NCBI GenBank assembly: GCA_963710935.1
Contig: CAVQCL010000028.1
Location: forward strand, 51,815 to 115,814
Origin: an uncultured Alphaproteobacteria bacterium
Lineage (GTDB): Bacteria > Pseudomonadota > Alphaproteobacteria > Rhizobiales > Rhizobiaceae
Length of the DNA stretch: 64,000 nt
Direction of reading: 5' to 3'
Shown: in pieces, positions 56,674 through 64,000 of the stretch
How the letters are laid out: the number at the start of each line of letters is the position of its first letter
How positions within the stretch are numbered: the first letter of the stretch is position 1
Translations under genes and position numbers: made by a program
The notes under the pieces: generated by a model
What the model was told of the DNA's origin: nothing
Seen by the model: the letters and a program-made list of their open reading frames with translations, nothing else
The model's database searches: none

Positions 56674-57920
56674 CTACGACTTGTTGACCTGCGCCTTGGC
56701 GAAGCCTGCCATCGTGGCATAGCCGCGCACGATCGCCTCGCGTTCCTCATAGCTGGCGACGGTCTCGATGTCGTCGAAGCCATCTGGCGCTCTGGCCTCG
56801 ACCATGTCGATGACGCCTTCCGGCCCGCCGCGGCGATTGGCCAGCGTGATCGCGCTCGTCGCCGGCCGGCGCTCGGCATCATAAGCCGCCAGCGCGTCCT
56901 CTATCGATGCGCCTGAAGAAAGATGGTTGGCGAGGGCGCGCGCATCGAGGATTGCCTGGCTCGCCCCATTCGACCCGACGGGATACATCGGATGCGCGGC
57001 ATCGCCGAGCAGCGTCACCCGGTCGAATGACCAGCGGGGTAGGGGGTCGCGGTCGCAGTTCGGGTATTCGTAGAAAGCACCGGTCGCCGCGACCAACGTG
57101 GCCGGGTCGACGAAGTCCAGGCGGAAGTGGTCGCGCACGAAGGGCAGGGCGTCTTCCAGCCGGCCGTAGCGGTTCCAATCTTCGGAGCGCGCCGGCGTTG
57201 CGCCATGTTCGCCGGTCCGCGCCATGATCGCCCAGTTGGTCAGCCGGGACTCCGGTTTGGCCGGGTCATGCGCGATCGGATAGTAGACGAACTTGGCAAA
57301 GTTGCCGCCAGCGATCGCCATGGTCCGGCCGTCGCGCCAGATCGGCCATTCGATGATGCCGCGCCACAGCATGATGCCGCTCCAGATCGGCGCACCTTCA
57401 TCGGGGATAAAGCTGGCGCGCGGACCGCTGAGTGAATGCCGTCGGCGCCGATAAGAAGATCGCCGCGTGCGGTGGAATGCGTCGCGCCGTCCTCAAGATG
57501 CAGCGACACGCTTGCCGCATCCTGGCTGAAGCCCGTGACTTTGTGGTTGGCGTGGATGATCTTCGCGACCCAGCCGCTCGACAACCGCTTCGTGCAGGAT
57601 GCCGAGCAGCCGGCCACGATGAATGCTGATCTGGGGCACATCATAGCCGGCATCCAGTCCGCGCAACTCGCTCCACACCGTCTGGCCGAAGCGATTGCGT
57701 CAGGACAAGTTCGCGCGTGCGGATGCCACGCGGCGTCAAGTGCGTCCATCAGGCCGATGCCGGCGAGTTCCTTGACGGCGTGCGGCAAAAGGTTGATGCC
57801 CACGCCAAGTTCGCGCAGTTGCGGCTGCCGTTCGTAGATCTCAACATCGATGCCTGCGCGATGAAGCATCAATGCCGTCGTAAGGCCGCCAATGCCGCCG
57901 CCTGCGATCAGCACTTTCAT
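56674..57920 (-). CDS. FAD-dependent aromatic-ring monooxygenase (salicylate/3-hydroxybenzoate hydroxylase-like); frameshifted
   Basis: MKVLIAGGGIGGLTTALMLHRAGIDVEIYER (GxGxxG) ... LLIGADGIHSAVR (GD motif) ... LLGDAAHPMYPVGSNGASQAILDA (DG/GDAAH motif). Confidence 0.75.
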
Positions 57921-58001
57921 GGGTGGAAGTCTAGAGCCGGCCGGTGCGTTGACCTCAACCGATGAAGCCGGACAACATCAATTCCGGTCACCGGGATGCT
58001 G

Positions 58002-59540
58002 CTACAACGGAATGTTGTCGTGCTTCTTCCAGGGGTTGGACAGGTCCTTGTTGCGCAGCATTCTGAGCGCACGCGCCACACGCCGGCGGGTCGAATGCGG
58101 CATGATCACCTCGTCGACCCAGCCGCGCTCGGCGGCGACGAAAGGCGACAGGAAGCGGTCTTCATAGGCCTTGGTGTGGGCCGCGATCTTGTCCTTGTCG
58201 CCAATATCCTTGCGGTAGATGATCTCGACCGCGCCCTTCGCGCCCATGACGGCGATCTGCGCCGTCGGCCAGGCATAGTTCATGTCGCCGCGCAGATGTT
58301 TTGAGGCCATGACGTCATAAGCGCCGCCATAGGCTTTGCGCGTGATGACCGTGACCTTCGGTACGGTCGCCTCGGCATAGGCGAACAGCAGCTTCGCGCC
58401 GTGCTTGATCAGCCCGCCATACTCCTGCGCCGTGCCCGGCAGGAAGCCCGGCACGTCGACGAAGGTGACGATCGGGATGCCAAAACAGTCGCAGAAGCGC
58501 ACGAACCGCGCCGCCTTGCGGCTGGCGTCGGAATCGAGCACGCCGGCCAGCACCATCGGCTGGTTGGCGACGAAGCCAACGGTGCGACCCTCGACGCGGC
58601 CGAAACCGGTGACGATGTTTTTGGCGAAACTCGCCTGGATCTCGAAGAAGTCGCCTTCATCGATGGTTTTCAGGATCAGCTCCTTGATGTCGTAAGGCTT
58701 GTTGGCATTGTCGGGGATCAGCCGGTCGAGCGACATGTCATGATCAGTCACCGACTGGTAGCATTCGACTTCCGGTACGTCGGCGGTGTTTGAGGCCGGC
58801 AGGAGGTCGACCAGCCGGCGCATCTGCAGCAGCGCCTCGACGTCATTGTCATAAGCGCCGTCGGCGATCGAGCTCTTGGTCGTATGAACAGATGCGCCGC
58901 CGAGCTGTTCGGCCGTCACCGTTTCGTTGGTGACCGTTTTCACCACATCCGGCCCGGTGACGAACATATAAGAGGTGTCGCGCACCATGAAGATGAAGTC
59001 GGTCATGGCCGGCGAGTAAACGTCGCCGCCGGCGCAGGGTCCCATGATGACGGAGATCTGCGGGATGACGCCTGACGCCAGCACGTTGCGCTGGAAGATT
59101 TCGGCATAGCCGCCGAGTGCCGCGACGCCTTCCTGGATGCGGGCGCCGCCGGCGTCATAAATGCCAATGATCGGCGCGCGGTTGCGCAGCGCCATCTCCT
59201 GCACCTTCACCACCTTCTCGGCATGCGCCTCGGACAGCGAACCGCCGAACACGGTAAAATCCTTGGCGAAGACATAGACGGGCCGGCCGTTCACCGTGCC
59301 CCAGCCGGTGACGACGCCGTCACCCGGAATTTTGGTCTTCTCCATGCCGAAATCGGTGGAGCGATGCTCGACATACATGTCGAATTCTTCGAAGGAGTCT
59401 TCGTCGAGGAAGATTTCGAGCCGCTCGCGCGCGGTCAGCTTGCCGCGTTTGTGCTGGGCGTCGATGCGCGCCTGCCCGCCGCCGGCTCGGGCCTCAGTCG
59501 CGACGGCGCTCGAGTTCCTTCAGCACATCCTTCATGGTCC
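58002..59540 (-). CDS. pccB: Acyl-CoA carboxylase carboxyltransferase (propionyl-CoA carboxylase beta chain family); one indel near N-terminus
   Basis: ...[27 protein letters not shown]...[36 protein letters not shown]... ...[13 protein letters not shown]... matches the PccB/AccD5 carboxyltransferase across both subdomains. Confidence 0.85.
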
Positions 59541-59640
59541 CTCCCCGAACGTTTGGCAGGCGATCTTGATACCACGCCGCGAAAGCGCTGGTAAGCTGGC
59601 CGCCGCGGCGTTCCGCTCACGGCGGCTGTGCTCCAGCGAA

Positions 59641-60081
59641 CTACCAGGTGCCGGTATTCGCCATCGACGCCCAAGGCTCGGCCGCCGGCAGGCGCTCGCC
59701 CTTTTGCAGCAGCTCGAAGGAAATGCCGTCGGGCGACTTGACGAAGGCCATGTTGCCGTCGCGCGGCGGGCGGTTGATGGTGACGCCGCTGTCCATGAGC
59801 TTCTGGCAAGTGTCGTAGATATTGTCGACCTCGTAGGCGAGGTGGCCGAAATTGCGCCCGCCCTTGTAGTCTTCCGGATCCCAATTGTAGGTCAGCTCGA
59901 GAAGCGGCGCCTTGTTGGAAACGCCGGTTGCCTCGTCGTCGGATGCTGCGAGGAAGATCAGCGTGAAGCGGCCCTGCTGGCTTTCGGTGCGGCGCACTTC
60001 CTTCATGCCGAGCTTGTTGCAGTAAAAATCGAGCGATTGGTCGATGTCCGTCACGCGGACCATGGTGTGCAGATAGCGCAT
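59641..60081 (-). CDS. gloA: Lactoylglutathione lyase (glyoxalase I)
   Basis: MRYLHTMVRVTDIDQSLDFYCNKLGMKEVRRTESQQGRFTLIFLA... ...LELTYNWD...GGRNFGHLAYEVDNIYDTCQKL... The metal-binding H/E residues and dimer-type GloA layout are present. Confidence 0.85.
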   Translation of the reverse strand: MRYLHTMVRVTDIDQSLDFYCNKLGMKEVRRTESQQGRFTLIFLAASDDEATGVSNKAPLLELTYNWDPEDYKGGRNFGHLAYEVDNIYDTCQKLMDSGVTINRPPRDGNMAFVKSPDGISFELLQKGERLPAAEPWASMANTGTW

Positions 60082-60283
60082 AGGGGTTCTCTCTTGGGGT
60101 TCCTGCTGAGCATAGACTGCCCGCTTATCGTGTCGCAACCGAACTGATCTGTTGAGAACAAGTCACAGCGCCTAGCTCATTAGTGAAAATCGCATTAGCG
60201 GCCCTTGCGTCAGCGAGCATCCTCAATGTTATCCTGACAATACAGAATCAGTTGCCGAGTATCAAAAAAAGGGGTGCGTTCGG

Positions 60284-60871
60284 ATGGGGGACAAGACCTC
60301 TCTCCCGGGGCGCGTGGGGACCTTCGACAGCGTTTCACCGGGGGACACCGGCGTCTCGGCCGACCTGACCGAGATCGCCGGTTCTATCAAATGGTTTGAC
60401 GTTTCCAAGGGCTACGGCTTCATCTTGCCTGACGACGCCGAACTCGGCGACGTGCTGATCCATGTCACCTGCTTGCGCAAGGATGGATTTCACACGGCGC
60501 TGCCGGGCGCACGCGTCGTCTGCCTGGTGAAGCAAGGCGACCGCGGTTTCCAGGCTTTCCGGGTGCTGGCGATGGACAATTCCACCGCACAACATCCTTC
60601 CGAGGACCAAGAACAGCGCACGCATGTGGCCGTGACCGCCGAAAGCGGTCTCGAGCGGGCACTGGTGAAATGGTTCAACCGCACAAAAGGTTTTGGTTTC
60701 CTGACGCGCGGCGAGGGCACCGAGGACATATTTGTCCACATGGAAACGCTGCGCCACTTTGGCATCGCGGAGTTGCGGCCGGGGCAGGTCGTGCTGGTGC
60801 GCTACGGTCGTGGCCACAAGGGCCTTATGGCTGCCGAAATTCATCCCGATATAGGCACATTGCCTCACTAG
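60284..60871 (+). CDS. Cold-shock DNA-binding domain protein with two tandem CSDs
   Basis: Intact 195 aa. CSD1 GSIKWFDVSKGYGFILPDD...DVLIHVT and CSD2 RALVKWFNRTKGFGFLTRGEGTEDIFVHMETL (RNP1-like K/GFGFI motifs). Preceded by a long AT-richer 5' leader (60085-60283). Confidence 0.85.
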   Translation: MGDKTSLPGRVGTFDSVSPGDTGVSADLTEIAGSIKWFDVSKGYGFILPDDAELGDVLIHVTCLRKDGFHTALPGARVVCLVKQGDRGFQAFRVLAMDNSTAQHPSEDQEQRTHVAVTAESGLERALVKWFNRTKGFGFLTRGEGTEDIFVHMETLRHFGIAELRPGQVVLVRYGRGHKGLMAAEIHPDIGTLPH

Positions 60872-60950
60872 TGTCCCGATTCTGAAATTCGCTAGCGTTC
60901 GATATCAAGCTCGGAGCGAATTTCAGAAATCAAAGGGACACTAGCAACTT
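60872..60950. repeat. Palindromic hairpin element A (arms ~26 bp, termini CTAGTGTC...GACACTAG), overlapping the csp stop codon
   Basis: Arms CTAGTGTCCCGATTCTGAAATTCGCT and AGCGAATTTCAGAAATCAAAGGGACACTAG, with loop AGCGTTCGATATCAAGCTCGG. Confidence 0.55.
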
Positions 60951-60956
60951 CTTGAT

Positions 60957-61036
60957 TTCTAGTGTCGTTTTGATTTCGAAGTTCGCCCTAGAGCTCGATA
61001 TCGGAATGAAGCGAACTTCGAAATCACGACACTAGC
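60957..61036. repeat. Palindromic hairpin element B, diverged inverted copy of element A
   Basis: Arms CTAGTGTCGTTTTGATTTCGAAGTTCGC and GCGAACTTCGAAATCACGACACTAG. Loop CCTAGAGCTCGATATCGGAATGA is the reverse complement-like of loop A (shared TCGATATC core). Confidence 0.55.
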
Positions 61037-61052
61037 GGGTTCGGCGGAAGAC

Positions 61053-61565
61053 ATGACATTGAAAAATTGGCGCGTGCGTGGAACGGCAGCACTGGCGGCT
61101 GCCTTGCTTTCACTCATGGCAACGTCGGCCTGTGTCGCCAACAATCAGGCCATGGTGCTGCCGGTCGATCCGACACCGTTGGTTGCCGAGACCGACGGCG
61201 GCGAACACGCTTTCAAGGTCGAAATCGCCGACGATCAGGCCGAACGGACGGCCGGCCTGATGTACCGCAATTTCCTGCCCGACAATCAAGGCATGCTTTT
61301 CGTCTTCGACGAGACGCAGCAGGTCGGCTTCTGGATGAAGGACACGCCGCTGCCGCTCGACCTTATTTTCATCGATGAGGCGGGCCGCGTTGCCGGCGTC
61401 CGTGAAGGCAAGCCGCTTTCGGAAGCGCTCATTTCGCCCGGTGTGCCTGTGCGCTTCGTGCTCGAGTTGAAAAAGGGCACTGCGGCCAAGGCCGGCATTG
61501 AAGATGGCGATGTGATCCGCCATCCTAGGATCGAAAATCCGATCCAGCCGACGAACCCCGGCTGA
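61053..61565 (+). CDS. DUF192 domain-containing exported protein
   Basis: Intact 170 aa. Signal peptide MTLKNWRVRGTAALAAALLSLMATSAC, then ...FKVEIADDQAERTAGLMYRNFLPDNQGMLFVF...WMKDTPLPLDLIFID... matches DUF192/COG1430. Confidence 0.75.
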   Translation: MTLKNWRVRGTAALAAALLSLMATSACVANNQAMVLPVDPTPLVAETDGGEHAFKVEIADDQAERTAGLMYRNFLPDNQGMLFVFDETQQVGFWMKDTPLPLDLIFIDEAGRVAGVREGKPLSEALISPGVPVRFVLELKKGTAAKAGIEDGDVIRHPRIENPIQPTNPG

Positions 61566-61594
61566 TTCATCCAGACCTACCGGACCATACTTGC

Positions 61595-62368
61595 ATGCAG
61601 CGTTTCAGCCATGACGGCTTCGATCTGGCCTTTGTCGACCGCGCGGCCGACGGCGGCTCGGGCGAGCCGGTGCTTCTGATCCACGGCTTTGCGTCGAATC
61701 ATTTCACCAATTGGGTGTCGCCGGGCTGGATGAAGACGCTGGCGGAGGCCGGATATCGTTCGATCGCGTTCGACAATCGCGGTCACGGCGAGTCGTCGAA
61801 AAGCTACGACCCGGCCGACTACACGCCGACCAAGATGGCATCCGATGCGACGGCGCTGCTTGATCACCTCGGCATCGAGAAGGCGCATGTCATGGGTTAT
61901 TCCATGGGCGCGCGCGTCTCGGCATTCCTGGCGCTGGAAGAACCGCAGCGCGTCGCGACTTTGGTCTTCGGTGGCTTGGGCATCGGCATGGTCGACGGCG
62001 TCGGCGATTGGGACCCGATCGCCGATGCGTTGATGGCGCCTGACCCGTCGCTGACGACCCATCCGCGCGGCAGGGCATTCCGCACCTTCGCCGACCAGAC
62101 CAAGAGCGACCGTCGGGCGCTTGCAGCCTGTATCGCCACCTCGCGCGAATTGCTGAGCGAAGACGAGATGAGCCGCATCACGCAGCCGACGCTCATCGCC
62201 GTCGGCACCAAGGACGATATCGGCGGCTCGGCGAGCGAACTGGCCGCGCTGATGCCAAACGCCCAAAGCTTCGACATCGAGGGCAGGGACCACATGCTTG
62301 CCGTCGGCGACAAGGCCTTCAAGGCGCGCGTGCTGGAGTTCCTGCGGGCGAATCCAATTAAAGGCTGA
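61595..62368 (+). CDS. Alpha/beta-fold hydrolase
   Basis: Intact 257 aa: ...PVLLIHGFASN (HG oxyanion), ...HVMGYSMGARV (GxSxG nucleophile), ...DHML (catalytic His). Confidence 0.8.
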   Translation: MQRFSHDGFDLAFVDRAADGGSGEPVLLIHGFASNHFTNWVSPGWMKTLAEAGYRSIAFDNRGHGESSKSYDPADYTPTKMASDATALLDHLGIEKAHVMGYSMGARVSAFLALEEPQRVATLVFGGLGIGMVDGVGDWDPIADALMAPDPSLTTHPRGRAFRTFADQTKSDRRALAACIATSRELLSEDEMSRITQPTLIAVGTKDDIGGSASELAALMPNAQSFDIEGRDHMLAVGDKAFKARVLEFLRANPIKG

Positions 62369-62422
62369 TGCAGGCGGTGCATCGCCTCGGGGCGGACACG
62401 CACGCTGAAACAGCTTCTGGAT

Positions 62423-62776
62423 TCAGACCGAAAAGCTGGTGCCGCAGCCGCAGGAGGCCACGGCATTCGGGTTCTTGATCTGGAACGACTGGCCCATCAA
62501 ATCGTCGACGAAGTCGATGACCGAGCCGCCCATGTAGACGAGCGACAATTCGTCGATCAGAACGGTGGCGCCGTCGCGCTCGATGGCGACGTCGTCGTCG
62601 TTGCGCCCTTCAGTCAGATCCATCTTGTAGGAAAAGCCCGAGCAGCCGCCGCCTTCGACAGAAACGCGCAGCGCGGATTTGCCGGGTTCGGACGAGACAA
62701 TTTTGGCGATCCGCTTGGCGGCGGCCTCGGTCATCTCGACTTTCATGCCAGTCTTCGCGTCGGCGCCCATCGCCAT
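62423..62776 (-). CDS. Iron-sulfur cluster insertion protein (HesB/IscA/ErpA A-type carrier)
   Basis: ...ALRVSVEGGGCSGFSYKMDL... and C-terminal ...NPNAVASCGCGTSF carry the three conserved Cys of A-type carriers. Confidence 0.8.
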   Translation of the reverse strand: MAMGADAKTGMKVEMTEAAAKRIAKIVSSEPGKSALRVSVEGGGCSGFSYKMDLTEGRNDDDVAIERDGATVLIDELSLVYMGGSVIDFVDDLMGQSFQIKNPNAVASCGCGTSFSV

Positions 62777-62805
62777 CACCTTGCAATTGATTTCAAGCCA
62801 TAGGT

Positions 62806-64000
62806 ATGAAGCCGCAGGGGGCAAGTCAACAAGCGGCGGTTGGCGCGGATCGAGGGGCTGTGGTCGACAAGGACAAGGCGCTGGAAGGGATCGGCTTCGG
62901 CTACCGGCCGCGCGCAGCCTATGCCTGCGATCCGGAGCAATCGCGTGGCCGCCTCTTCAACGAGGCTGAAAGTGCGACCCGCACGCCTTTCCAGCGCGAC
63001 CGCGACCGCATCATCCACTCGACGGCGTTCCGCCGGCTGAAACACAAGACGCAGGTCTTCATCGCCCATGAAGGCGATCATTTTCGCACGCGGCTGACCC
63101 ATACGATCGAAGTCGCGCAGATCGCGCGGGCGTTGGCGAGAGCGCTGCGCGGCGACGAGGATCTCGCCGAGGGTGTCGCGCTGGTGCACGATTTCGGCCA
63201 CACGCCGTTCGGCCACACCGGCGAGGAGGCGCTGAACGAGAAGCTGAAGGAGTGGGGCGGGTTCGACCACAATGCCCAGTCGCTCAGGATCGTCACCCGG
63301 CTGGAGCGCCGTTACGCCGAATTCGATGGCCTGAACCTGACCTGGGAGACGCTGGAAGGGCTGGTCAAGCACAACGGCCCCCTGACCGACGCGGCCGGAA
63401 AAGGGCTGAAAGGGCCGGTGCCACAGGCGATCCGCGACTACTCGGAGCTGCACGACCTGCATCTGTCGGAATATCGCCAGTCTCGAGGCCCAATGCGCGG
63501 CGATTGCCGACGACATCGCCTACAATTCGCATGACATCGACGATGGCTTGCGTGCCGGATTGCTGACGCTGGAGCGATTGACGGAAACGCCGTTGCCGGC
63601 TGCCATCCTGAACGAGATCGACCGGCTCTATCCGACGCTCGATCCGGTGCGGCGCGGGCACGAGCTGATGCGCCGTCAGATCACGGCCATGGTCGAGGAT
63701 GTCATCGTGACCTCCAAGGCAAATCTGGAACGGATCGCGCCGCAGTCGGCGGACGAGGTTCGCCGGGCCGGCGAGACGATTGTCGCGCTTTTCCGATGCC
63801 ATGCGTGACAAGGAAAAGGCGCTGAAGACGTTCCTCTATGCCAATCTCTACCGCCATCCGGACGTCATGCGCGTGCGCGTTGGCGCCGAGCAGATCGTAC
63901 GCGACCTGTTCGACGCTTATTTCGCCGACCCGCGCGCCATGCCGGAAGGCTGGCGCGAAGGCCTGGACCGCGCTCAGGATCGCATCAAGGCGCGCAGCGT
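62806..64000 (+). CDS. dgt: Deoxyguanosinetriphosphate triphosphohydrolase-like protein (HD domain), 3' end beyond window; one frameshift near 63480
   Basis: ...[20 protein letters not shown]...[26 protein letters not shown]...[20 protein letters not shown]...[15 protein letters not shown]... (HD motif) ...[15 protein letters not shown]. Confidence 0.8.

Noticed and set aside
60085-60283. Riboswitch or thermosensor upstream of the cold-shock gene
   Set aside because: A long AT-richer 5' leader is typical for csp genes and may well be regulatory. I could not identify a specific conserved cold-box or known riboswitch consensus by eye, so it is left uncalled.

Overview
High-GC (~63-65%) alphaproteobacterial chromosomal segment that looks Rhizobiales/Mesorhizobium-like by gene content. 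About 60 protein genes, two tandem tRNA-like genes and several repeat elements are present. Markers of that lineage include an acpXL very-long-chain fatty-acid cluster for lipid A, divergent putR-putA, cckA, the grxD-bolA-purL block, and DUF982, DUF1127 and DUF2239 families. Content in order: two ABC importer operons (one BMP/nucleoside-type, one ribose-type sugar); a translationally coupled GT2 / YdjC-deacetylase / GtrA operon; ttcA; a Bcr/CflA efflux pump; grxD-bolA-purL; a MocR regulator divergent from a DUF1127 gene; a GPH-family sugar transporter; an SDR; a CysK-like gene, alaX, sseA and a GNAT; the lpxXL-adh-fabF1XL-fabF2XL-acpXL cluster; a PNPOx-like gene; DUF982; an SPFH protein; two abutting tRNA-like genes; a ~1000-aa exported caspase(C14)-TPR protein; AEC transporter, gabD, galM, BCCT transporter and a PfkB kinase; a di-haem cytochrome c peroxidase; putR/putA; GIY-YIG and DUF2239 genes; cckA; a HAD hydrolase; an RHH protein; a VOC gene; a gluconate-2-dehydrogenase-like small subunit plus GMC flavoprotein; an FAD monooxygenase; pccB and gloA; a tandem cold-shock-domain protein; DUF192; an alpha/beta hydrolase; an IscA/ErpA-type gene; and dgt. 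Most CDSs are interrupted by one to several frameshifts or occasional in-frame stops, including the normally essential cckA and putA. This looks like sequence or assembly error rather than biological decay, so gene boundaries are approximate (about +/-30 bp). No integrase, transposase, phage gene or CRISPR array was seen. The most interesting items are the GT2/YdjC/GtrA amino-sugar donor module that has no transferase in view, an acpXL cluster with a catalytically dead KS partner and no fabZXL, the exported caspase-TPR protein, the abutting defective tRNA pair, and two families of palindromic mosaic repeats.
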